Virus record (IMG/VR): IMGVR_UViG_3300020411_000002
Source: a virus
Lineage: Duplodnaviria; Caudoviricetes
Length of the DNA: 64,000 nt
Direction: 5' to 3' (one strand)
A program made the position numbers and the translations under genes. This document shows, one piece after another, positions 19,668-27,882 of the stretch. The notes under the pieces were generated by a model. The model saw only the letters and a list, made by a program, of their open reading frames with translations. It was not told where the DNA came from and made no database searches. The stretch's first letter is position 1, and every line of letters begins with the position of its first letter.

Positions 19668-20654
19668 CTAAGTATTAAAACGTATAGATGTTCCTATAAC
19701 TTCTGGATACTGATTTTCGTCAGGTTGCACATCTAAAGCAGAAATGTCCGCGACTATTATAGGTTTATCAATAAGTGCCGAAGCTAAGTTTTCTAATGCG
19801 CTGTCTAATCTAGGGACTATCAAAAGCCAATCAGCACTTGGAAAGCTATCAACAGGTTCGTCTGTTAGCGCTGTAAGATACTTAACGTTCCATTGAGGGT
19901 TTCCAAAAGTTCTATGACCTGGGTGGTTTCCCCAACTGCCGTCCCTGCTAACTATCTTAATAGCGCGAGTCTGTACTGGTGTATCTAAAGTTATTACATT
20001 TCCATTAGTGCCTAGATTTTCATATCTCTGCACTAGAACGAAACCTCCAGCACCTTCATTTTCATCATCAGACCAGTAATAAAAATCAACAGACGTAGCG
20101 TAAGCATACGCTCTATATCTAGCACCACCATATCGGTACTCTATAGAATTCTGATCAAAAGAAAACCCTGTTACGTTACGAACTTTATCGAATACTGCAA
20201 ATAAAGGTACGCCTGATCTACCTATACTAAATCCATTAAATCCATTGTTGGCTGTATTTTCTCTATAGAATAAAGAGTTGACCGAAATTTCAGTGCGAAA
20301 GCGTTCTGGATAAGAATCAAAGCTTATCTGATCCTCGTCAAAAGTTTTCCACCCTATATAGAAAGGACTGATTTCGTTATGCCCTTCTACAACACTAGGT
20401 CGAATTCCTATAGGTCTCATTCTCCACTGAGTTTTTGGACTAGACAAAAAATCAATAAATCCTAATGGCTTAGAATCTATGCTACCGTATAGATTATAGT
20501 AAACGGAATTTTCTATAAGAGATATGTAGTTCAAGTCGAATGGTATAGCATCTAAGCTTTGCGGCATAGTGCCTTGAAAAAAGAAAGCATCGAACCAATC
20601 GTAGTCGATAGAAAATCCAAATGCCGCTAATTTGTTTAAGTTAATTCCTTGCAT
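19668..20654 (-). CDS. Array paralogue, long form with discoidin-like insert
   Basis: FFQGTMP...WSDDENEGAGGF...TRAIKI; N terminus MQGINL resembles MQGINI of the neighbour. Confidence 0.65.
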   Translation of the reverse strand: MQGINLNKLAAFGFSIDYDWFDAFFFQGTMPQSLDAIPFDLNYISLIENSVYYNLYGSIDSKPLGFIDFLSSPKTQWRMRPIGIRPSVVEGHNEISPFYIGWKTFDEDQISFDSYPERFRTEISVNSLFYRENTANNGFNGFSIGRSGVPLFAVFDKVRNVTGFSFDQNSIEYRYGGARYRAYAYATSVDFYYWSDDENEGAGGFVLVQRYENLGTNGNVITLDTPVQTRAIKIVSRDGSWGNHPGHRTFGNPQWNVKYLTALTDEPVDSFPSADWLLIVPRLDSALENLASALIDKPIIVADISALDVQPDENQYPEVIGTSIRFNT

Positions 20655-20676
20655 AATCCTCGCCTAAAAACGCGGA

Positions 20677-20704
20677 AAGGGAGGGACCGTAGTCTTACTC
20701 CCTT
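20677..20704 (-). terminator. Stem-loop with C(UACG)G tetraloop just before the array; possible weak terminator or processing site
   Basis: Minus strand AAGGGAG-TAA-GAC-TACG-GTC-C-CTCCCTT; T tract displaced downstream. Confidence 0.5.
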
Positions 20705-20711
20705 AACAGGT

Positions 20712-21128
20712 TTATTCTCTGATTACTGCAAATACTGCTTTACCATCGATAGGTGTAGTGTTGAAAGTAATCTCTACAGTGTTTTCGTCAACTGTAGTAA
20801 TATCGTCAGGAACGATAACTTTGCCCGCACTATCAAATACCGTTACCAAGTACGCTACGCTATTCATGTTGTGAACAATATTCCACGTAGTAGCAGCTTC
20901 GCTTTGAGCATGAACATAGTTATCGGTGTTACCTGCAACATCGTCTAGTAGCACTGCTTGAAGTGTACCAGAAATGTTCATTAGTATTTCACCTTCTTTA
21001 AGCTCAATACCAGTAAGCTGACGAGGACCTGCACCTTGTCGAACAATAACAGAGTTAGCTGGAACATCACTAGGCAAGTACGGTCGCAAAGGAAGTTCTG
21101 TCTGAATGAAATCAGTAAAAGCACTCAT
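20712..21128 (-). CDS. Putative virion structural protein
   Basis: C-terminal YVHAQSEAATTWNIVHN..V.V.D...N.V.ITF module common in phage fibre-associated proteins. Confidence 0.6.
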   Translation of the reverse strand: MSAFTDFIQTELPLRPYLPSDVPANSVIVRQGAGPRQLTGIELKEGEILMNISGTLQAVLLDDVAGNTDNYVHAQSEAATTWNIVHNMNSVAYLVTVFDSAGKVIVPDDITTVDENTVEITFNTTPIDGKAVFAVIRE

Positions 21129-22786
21129 TAATCAGTCTCCTCTACTTCTAGTACAAATGTACCTGATGTGTTAGAACCAGCAAACGCGCTATCTGAAATC
21201 CAGATGTGATCGCCATTTGCATCAAAGTCGCCGTCGCTATTTACAACCGTAAAGCCTTTCTGAACTTCACGCTTATCTGGATAGTACGTAAGAACGTCTG
21301 CGCCTTTGTATGAAACAATTAGGTTATTAACGTCATAAACGTTAGTACCAATAGCAACATACTGAGCTAATGCAGGCACTGTAATATCACGTTGTACCAT
21401 ACCAGCAACAAGATACGAATCACCAGAAGTAATTGTACTACCTTGTACGTCGGCTAGGTTAGTAATAGTAAGTCCAGAGAAAGTGTGGTCGCCACGAGCA
21501 ACAGTGTCATCGACTGTTAGCGTAGTACGCCAGCGTGTATCGTTAACTTTAGTCCAGTTACCAGAAAGAACACCACCAGAAGCCGATAGAGAATCAGGTG
21601 CGTTAAGTAACTTCTGATCAGCACGAACTTCAACAGTGTAGTCTTCACCTTCTTGGCTTGAACGTAAACTGTTACCACCGTTAACAATAACGATTTGTGC
21701 ATCAGGTACATCATCTGCTACGCTAACTTTCCAGTTAGTAGTAGCCGTTGAACCGTTAGCTTCACGAACTGCATAGATTTCTACGTTGTTCGTATCGACT
21801 TGATAACCAATAGTGTCACCGCTACGAGTAACAGTTTTAGTAGCACCGTAAGTGTTTGCATCTGCTACGCTTAGACCTGCATTCGGGCGATACTCTACAG
21901 TGTCGGCATTGCTGATAGTCATAGACACATCAACACTTTCACTGCCTTTAACTGCTTGCTGTCCAGCAGGATAGCTGTAACCAATAGCAGCAAACGTAGG
22001 CTTAACTTGCGAAACAATCATTGTATCTGTAGAAGTGAATACATCACCCTCAGTACCTAGCAAGTTAGTAGCAACTGCACGAATCGCTAAATCACCAGAG
22101 CGGTTAGATACAGTGAACGTACCAGTAATCGCTTTGAATCCAGCACCAGCACTATCAGCAGCACCTAGAGTTAGATTCTTTTCTTGACTGCTTACACCGT
22201 AGTTAAGCAGACGTACTTCTTCTGCATCGTTTCCAACAACACCAGATAGAGTAACAGTGTCGCCTTGTTTAACTTCTGTCTGAGAGCCTGGATAAGCACC
22301 GAGATTTAGCTGAGTGATTTCAGGACCGCCAATAAGAACGTTTAGTGTACATGAAAACTCTGCACCAGTTGAACTAACAACAGTGATAGTTTGGTCAGTA
22401 ACTTCTGGGTCTAAAGTCAGTTCTACGAAACCATAATAAAGACGAGGGTTATTTGGGTCTGCACTAATGTTTTCAATTAAAGCAGCTTGACCATTTACAG
22501 TAGCTTCAATAGAAGAAGCAGCCATATCAGGCTCAGCCATGAATTGAACACGTACAGTTTCAGTGTTAGTAACAGCATGATCGAGATAGAAATCAGCAGG
22601 GATAGTATTTGGAACGTACTCTTTCAAACCAACAATGCCTTCACCTACAGGCTCTATGTCGATAATAAAAATACCACCTGCTGTTCTCAAATCCACGTAC
22701 TGTTTAGGCACAGCGTGTAATGCATCTACTGGATCACCAGAGAGCGAAGCATGCCCAACAACCTTGGGGGAATGGAGTTTCATCAA
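21128..22786 (-). CDS. Putative fibre / Ig-like virion protein
   Basis: N-terminal DP..ALHAVPKQYVD fibre-type motif followed by Thr/Val/Ser-rich beta-sandwich-like sequence; 552 aa. Confidence 0.55.
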   Translation of the reverse strand: MMKLHSPKVVGHASLSGDPVDALHAVPKQYVDLRTAGGIFIIDIEPVGEGIVGLKEYVPNTIPADFYLDHAVTNTETVRVQFMAEPDMAASSIEATVNGQAALIENISADPNNPRLYYGFVELTLDPEVTDQTITVVSSTGAEFSCTLNVLIGGPEITQLNLGAYPGSQTEVKQGDTVTLSGVVGNDAEEVRLLNYGVSSQEKNLTLGAADSAGAGFKAITGTFTVSNRSGDLAIRAVATNLLGTEGDVFTSTDTMIVSQVKPTFAAIGYSYPAGQQAVKGSESVDVSMTISNADTVEYRPNAGLSVADANTYGATKTVTRSGDTIGYQVDTNNVEIYAVREANGSTATTNWKVSVADDVPDAQIVIVNGGNSLRSSQEGEDYTVEVRADQKLLNAPDSLSASGGVLSGNWTKVNDTRWRTTLTVDDTVARGDHTFSGLTITNLADVQGSTITSGDSYLVAGMVQRDITVPALAQYVAIGTNVYDVNNLIVSYKGADVLTYYPDKREVQKGFTVVNSDGDFDANGDHIWISDSAFAGSNTSGTFVLEVEETD

Positions 22787-22887
22787 TATACCTCATAGTA
22801 TGAGAATAATTTAACCAGTTAAATAGGAGTTATTCTAATTAACACCTAACATTAAATTAGTATGTTTGTATATTGACTTATAGATAC

Positions 22888-22919
22888 AAAAAAGCTCACT
22901 AAGAAAGTCAAAGTGAGCT
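22888..22919 (-). terminator. Intrinsic terminator
   Basis: Minus strand AGCTCACT-loop-AGTGAGCT followed by TTTTT. Confidence 0.75.
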
Positions 22920-22925
22920 AGTCTG

Positions 22926-23243
22926 TTACAGTATGAAGTGAGGAACGCGTTTCTTTTTAGCTAACCGTAGTTCTCGGCTTCTGGCAGGTACTATAGCATA
23001 GTCGTGATCGCCTATAGATATTTCATCTACTACTTCAAAGTTCATAGAATTAATGTTACTAAACTGCTTAAAGATATCAAACAATTCACAACCGTGTTCA
23101 AACACAAACTTTATTCTAGGCGTTTGGCAATCAGACCTTTTACATGCAGAGTTTCTTAGCTCTACAAACATATTCTCTAAGTATTCTGACCGTGAACGCC
23201 GTATTGATTCACTAGAGAACGCGCAAATAGTTACAAAGCTCAT
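22926..23243 (-). CDS. Hypothetical protein
   Basis: 105 aa with GAGGA RBS. Confidence 0.6.
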   Translation of the reverse strand: MSFVTICAFSSESIRRSRSEYLENMFVELRNSACKRSDCQTPRIKFVFEHGCELFDIFKQFSNINSMNFEVVDEISIGDHDYAIVPARSRELRLAKKKRVPHFIL

Positions 23244-23244
23244 T

Positions 23245-23553
23245 CTATTTCCTCAACATTGGGTTTTCTGGTAGAGCAATACCGTAATAGCCTAGCTTTC
23301 TTTCGAGTAAAGAAATATAGAGAAGTAAGTCTGTTTCAGGGTGAGCAGACAATGCTTTTACAGTAGCTTTGCATTGATTGAGTTCTACTAGAGCAGTAAT
23401 CAATTGGTTGTTACTAGATAGCGCGGCTTGTTGTAGTTCTTCTACAGACATAGTTCCGCTTTGTATTGAATCACCACGGTCTTCTAGGTTCTGTATTGTT
23501 TCAGAAGTTTCCGCAGATGACACTTTGGGTTGTTTTGACATATAGCTACTCAT
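23245..23553 (-). CDS. Hypothetical helical protein
   Basis: 102-aa ORF in the operon. Confidence 0.6.
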   Translation of the reverse strand: MSSYMSKQPKVSSAETSETIQNLEDRGDSIQSGTMSVEELQQAALSSNNQLITALVELNQCKATVKALSAHPETDLLLYISLLERKLGYYGIALPENPMLRK

Positions 23554-23590
23554 AATGTATGTTTTTGTTGTCTACCATCTATTTACAGTA

Positions 23591-24418
23591 TTAGTTTAGA
23601 TTAATGATACTGCCTTTAGCATTCAAGTTACCACTAGCTTTTAAATCCATAGTAGCAGAAGTACGGTCTTCTATCTTACCAGTAACTTTACGCGAGTAGC
23701 GGCCTTTAATCTTTTCTTCAACATTGCCCTCTACTTCCATAGTGTAGTTACCAGTTACTTTTGTATGGTAGTTACCAGACTCACCACCTAGTAAACCTTG
23801 GAAAGCTACTTTCTTTTGTGGATTAGCAGACAAAGAACCAAGTACAAAGTCTGGTGCATTCAACAGATAGCCGGGCACATCACCTTTGTTTCCTGTCACT
23901 ATTTGTTGCAAGTTGCCAACGATTGTTTGATTCACATCACCAAGTATAGTTAAGTTAACATCGCCTGGGTTATGTAGAAACACTTCATTGGTTTTCAAAT
24001 CAATAACGAATGTAGAACCATTTGGAAGCACTGTACCCTGTCTATTAGGATAGTTCTTTTCAAACTCTGGAAGTAAGTTCTGAGTATCAATAGGAACAGG
24101 GCCGTAGCTTGGATTGTTAGCGTCACCTTTATTTCTAAAGTATACAGCTACTTTGTTTCCACGTTTGGGAACTCCACGAAAAGAACCAGTGCGTTGTTCA
24201 ACATCACCACCTCTTAGACCGTTTGGATGAAAGTTAGTTTCGGGAATAGCCCAAGGAAGTTTGTCATCTGGAATACTATCTTGGAACACATCAAGACGAA
24301 CTCTAACACGACCTAGATATTCTGGATCGTTATCATCAATCACTACACCAATATACGGCTTGTTTGGGTCTAATCCTTTTCTGTGGATTATCTTACTTAA
24401 ATCTACTGTAGGTTGCAT
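23591..24418 (-). CDS. Baseplate central spike (T4 gp5 / VgrG-like OB fold plus beta-helix)
   Basis: YIGVVIDDNDPEYLGRVRVR, LPWA, V.GN beta-helix repeats; start moved to ATG 24418 after GGAG. Confidence 0.85.
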   Translation of the reverse strand: MQPTVDLSKIIHRKGLDPNKPYIGVVIDDNDPEYLGRVRVRLDVFQDSIPDDKLPWAIPETNFHPNGLRGGDVEQRTGSFRGVPKRGNKVAVYFRNKGDANNPSYGPVPIDTQNLLPEFEKNYPNRQGTVLPNGSTFVIDLKTNEVFLHNPGDVNLTILGDVNQTIVGNLQQIVTGNKGDVPGYLLNAPDFVLGSLSANPQKKVAFQGLLGGESGNYHTKVTGNYTMEVEGNVEEKIKGRYSRKVTGKIEDRTSATMDLKASGNLNAKGSIINLN

Positions 24419-24442
24419 TATATGCTCCAACTCATTTGCAAC

Positions 24443-24473
24443 AAAAAAGGGCTACACGTCAATGCAGCCCTTT
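24443..24473 (-). terminator. Intrinsic terminator
   Basis: Minus strand AAAGGGCTGCA-TTGACG-TGTAGCCCTTT followed by further T residues. Confidence 0.75.
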
Positions 24474-24485
24474 GTATTTACACTT

Positions 24486-24782
24486 TTATTGTACTGTGAC
24501 AGCACCGACAATCAATGCAGTTATCAATACTATTAAAGATATGACTACCATCGTGACCCAGTTATTAGCCCACGAATGCCAGTACCCATCTAAGCTGACA
24601 GGTCTGTTTTGTGGGTACGGTTGGTAAGGTATACCAGCAACAATAGCTAAAACTGCTAAGAATGATAAAGCAGATAGGAATGATTGTATTTCAAAACCAA
24701 AGCCTACAAAAACTCCAATAAACATAATCAGCAAAGTACGAATAAGTACATCAACTATTGTTAGTCCAAAGTATAGTGCCAT
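24486..24782 (-). CDS. Small multi-pass membrane protein
   Basis: 98 aa with about three hydrophobic segments; GGAG RBS. Confidence 0.65.
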   Translation of the reverse strand: MALYFGLTIVDVLIRTLLIMFIGVFVGFGFEIQSFLSALSFLAVLAIVAGIPYQPYPQNRPVSLDGYWHSWANNWVTMVVISLIVLITALIVGAVTVQ

Positions 24783-24791
24783 GTTATCTCC

Positions 24792-26825
24792 TTATGTACC
24801 TGTTCCTACAGTAGTTGTAGTAGAGCCAGGTCCGTTCAACGTAGCGTTAGCAGAAGCGCCCTCACCATTTGCACACAACAAGTCATTAACTAGAGACTCT
24901 AATTGTTGAAGTCTTCTAGCTAAATCATTTTGAGGTATAAACAACTTAGCAAGAGCTAGTCTATCAAGACAGTTTGTAGGAGGCATTGCTAAGTCCGACA
25001 TTCTATCTTGAATTCTTTCGTTGAGTTGTCTACAAGTAGATTGTACTCTTGGGTTATTCAGGTACTGATCTGGTATATTACCTTTACTAGCGAGTTCGTT
25101 CACATCAGCTTGGAACTCTTTAGATAATTGGTCGATACGATTGATACGGTTTGCTACCATTCCAATTATATCACCTAGATTAGGACCGAATAAATCAAGT
25201 GCAGCCAACTCACTCGGAATGAGTTCGTTACAAAGTTCTTCCATCTTCTGTATAGCAGATTGAAATTCTCTACCAACAGCAGTAAGGTAGTCTTTGGCTT
25301 CCCCGTACTTATCTACAATTCTCTGATCTGCAAATGCTCGACCTTCTTCCTCAAAGTCATTGAGCAACTTATCTATTTTCTTTTTCTGATTTTCTACAAA
25401 CTTGTTAAAGCTATCAGTTGGATTAGCTTGGGACTCAGCAGGTTCTTCGTACTCGCCTAGTTCTTTAGCTAACTGTATTTGCTCTGACTCGTTTGCTGTA
25501 TCAGTTTTTACTTTTGGATTAACAGTGTTTTCCAACGTAGTCTCGTTATGAGGGTCAGTTGGGTCTACCGCTGTATCTACTTTGTTTGTTTGCTTTGGAG
25601 ATACACTGCTCGTATTCTTAGACTCACTTAAAGGAGTTGAACCTGAATCAGTCACATAGCTTCGATAGAGTGTGTATATCTCGCTGTAATGATTAGAGCG
25701 AATGGCAATGATTTTATTACCGATAATGTACTTACCAGAAAACGATTCGTTTAACGACGGTTCGCCTTGATTAGCTTCTGGGTTTACATGCTCGTAATCA
25801 CACACTTGCAACAAATCTAAGTTGTTGAAGTTATCACATATACCTCTAACTGTTTCAGTGAACAGCGACAAGTGACGCATATTCAAGTACTGAGCTTTGT
25901 AGTAATGCTCATGCATGTTAGAGGCTGAAAGAGGTGCAGTACCACTATCGAAGTAGTAACCAGATGTAAGACTTGTTAAGTCGATAGAGTTTTTCAAGTC
26001 CTCGTTTAAAGGCAATCCATCACCAAACACTTCTGGTTCTGACTTTTCAAACTTCAACAAGTCACCGCTTAAACTATGCTGTACATGCGTATGCCCATAG
26101 TTAGTTAGCTTGTTAAAGAATCCGCTAGTTGTATCAATACTGCTTTCACGTAAAGCGATTCGGTTTTCTTTACCAGATACATTGGATACGTTAAACATAC
26201 CAACTTCGGGTTCGCGTTTAAGCTCTTGGAATAAATCATTTAGAAAGTAAGTGCTATTCCAATCTAAGCAACCTTTCATGCAGGTGGATTTACCAGAGTA
26301 AGAATGTTCCAGTATTTCTTTGATAAACTGAATCTGACTCTTACCTATGTTTCTCCAACACATAAAGTCACTAAGAGATAATCCACCCTCAGGCTGTTTA
26401 ACCTCAATATTGTACTTCTTCAATATGTCTGTAATAGCAGTAGCGCTAGTGCCGTCATAAAACTCGCGTTGCGCTTCAAGTATGTATTCAGGTATATCAG
26501 GAACTAATGTAGCTCTTCGTAATAGACCTGCACTAATAGTCTCGCTCTTCACTTTACCAAGCACACGGGTTTTTATTTCCATGCTGTCACCAGTTCTATC
26601 TACTCCTTGAGATAGAACGATATCAACTTTAGTCCCGTCTACTAAGGCATAGTCACCAGTATTGAATATTGCATGAACGTCATTTAGTTCTAGAACAGCT
26701 ACAGGTATTTCATAGCCAATTCCAGAGTACATTGTTAGAGATTTAAAAACATTCGACGAAGGAGGAATCTCTTGATCGTTTATTTTTATCTCTAAGAAAA
26801 CACCGTTCTTTAATTCAATAGCCAT
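24792..26825 (-). CDS. Baseplate hub protein (gp27-like) with helical C-terminal extension
   Basis: Position before the spike gene; hub-like N-terminal ~390 aa, then S/T/P linker and coiled region. Confidence 0.55.
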   Translation of the reverse strand: MAIELKNGVFLEIKINDQEIPPSSNVFKSLTMYSGIGYEIPVAVLELNDVHAIFNTGDYALVDGTKVDIVLSQGVDRTGDSMEIKTRVLGKVKSETISAGLLRRATLVPDIPEYILEAQREFYDGTSATAITDILKKYNIEVKQPEGGLSLSDFMCWRNIGKSQIQFIKEILEHSYSGKSTCMKGCLDWNSTYFLNDLFQELKREPEVGMFNVSNVSGKENRIALRESSIDTTSGFFNKLTNYGHTHVQHSLSGDLLKFEKSEPEVFGDGLPLNEDLKNSIDLTSLTSGYYFDSGTAPLSASNMHEHYYKAQYLNMRHLSLFTETVRGICDNFNNLDLLQVCDYEHVNPEANQGEPSLNESFSGKYIIGNKIIAIRSNHYSEIYTLYRSYVTDSGSTPLSESKNTSSVSPKQTNKVDTAVDPTDPHNETTLENTVNPKVKTDTANESEQIQLAKELGEYEEPAESQANPTDSFNKFVENQKKKIDKLLNDFEEEGRAFADQRIVDKYGEAKDYLTAVGREFQSAIQKMEELCNELIPSELAALDLFGPNLGDIIGMVANRINRIDQLSKEFQADVNELASKGNIPDQYLNNPRVQSTCRQLNERIQDRMSDLAMPPTNCLDRLALAKLFIPQNDLARRLQQLESLVNDLLCANGEGASANATLNGPGSTTTTVGTGT

Positions 26826-27139
26826 TAGATAGATACCGTTCTGTTTCTGTTCAAGCTTTTAGAAAATGCTAGCACTTGGCTACTGTCAGGAATACGCAAA
26901 GTATCACCTGCTCGAATACTCATGCCGTTAGATATCCCATTGAATGCCAAAATCAAACCAAACAGTTCAACATCGTCATAGTAATCGAATGCGATTAGCT
27001 GAGGATTACTTTCTTCACTATTTGTAACAGTGTGATTAGTGTACTGAGTTATTCGATCTAAGTTTTCGTATAGCTTATTTTTTAAAGGGTCTATACCTAG
27101 TTTATCAATGTGTACGAATCGCGTTAAGTCTAATGCCAT
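26825..27139 (-). CDS. Baseplate wedge protein, gp53/LysM-like
   Basis: IAFDYYDDVELFGLILAFNGI...IRAGDTLRIP; start ATG 27139 (TAATG overlap). Confidence 0.75.
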   Translation of the reverse strand: MALDLTRFVHIDKLGIDPLKNKLYENLDRITQYTNHTVTNSEESNPQLIAFDYYDDVELFGLILAFNGISNGMSIRAGDTLRIPDSSQVLAFSKSLNRNRTVSI

Positions 27140-27882
27140 TACACACCCCATCTGTCAGTACTAAACCAAGTTTCAATATCTTCTCTCGACACTGGATAGT
27201 AAGACTCAATCTGTACGTTCATTTCTACGCTCATAGGCAAACCTGAACCATGTTCAAACATACCATCGAATGCAGCAGAAACGTTTTTGATAACACAAGG
27301 AGTCATTTGAAAGAAGTTACCTATAGTACAGGTAAATATTTTACCAGTAATAAGAGAACTCGCATCACTAGATTGTCCTTCTTTAGTATTCTTTCTATAC
27401 TGTGAAATAGCTTCTGCAACTGGACTAGGACCTGGAATAAGCATACGTCCAAGCTTATCAGTTTCGGGAGTAACGAGTCTAAGCATAGCAGCCAAAGGAG
27501 TAAGTACATCTTCCTTTGAGCTTTTCCAGTTAACTAAATCGAATGGAATAGAAAGCGATAGATAGCTAGGACCTGACCATGTTTGGGGCGATAAGTATTT
27601 AAACTTCTGATTACCACCAAGAACACGACGAGTAACGCTATCTACTGCTTGTGAAATACCAGCAGCAGCAGGCAATGCTTCTGCAAGACCGTCGATCGGG
27701 TCCCAGTTATTAGCTAAGTCAATATTAAAGTCTTGTGGAACTTTGCCTTCAAATACGTCTTTACCGTCACTGCTAATGATAGTACTTTTGTACATACCAT
27801 CTACATCAACTAGTGCGTTATCATCACCAGTCAATGCAGGTCCGCTTGAAGGTCTTCTAGATTCTGGTAATAGATAATTCAT
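27139..27882 (-). CDS. Baseplate / tail-tube cap protein (gp48-like)
   Basis: Between tape measure and LysM wedge gene; IGNFF..TPCVI..VS..FD..G.PMSV motif. Confidence 0.5.
   Translation of the reverse strand: MNYLLPESRRPSSGPALTGDDNALVDVDGMYKSTIISSDGKDVFEGKVPQDFNIDLANNWDPIDGLAEALPAAAGISQAVDSVTRRVLGGNQKFKYLSPQTWSGPSYLSLSIPFDLVNWKSSKEDVLTPLAAMLRLVTPETDKLGRMLIPGPSPVAEAISQYRKNTKEGQSSDASSLITGKIFTCTIGNFFQMTPCVIKNVSAAFDGMFEHGSGLPMSVEMNVQIESYYPVSREDIETWFSTDRWGV

Noticed and set aside
5810-20654. Array as a DGR product, CRISPR-like array or recent duplication
   Set aside because: No RT, no long near-identical DNA repeat pair with adenine-specific differences and no repeat-spacer structure; copies are deeply diverged proteins.
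22818-22875. Plus-strand gttaaataggagt, identical to the sheath RBS region, suggesting an antisense gene
   Set aside because: The next ATG is too far from the AGGAG and gives only four codons; probably chance.
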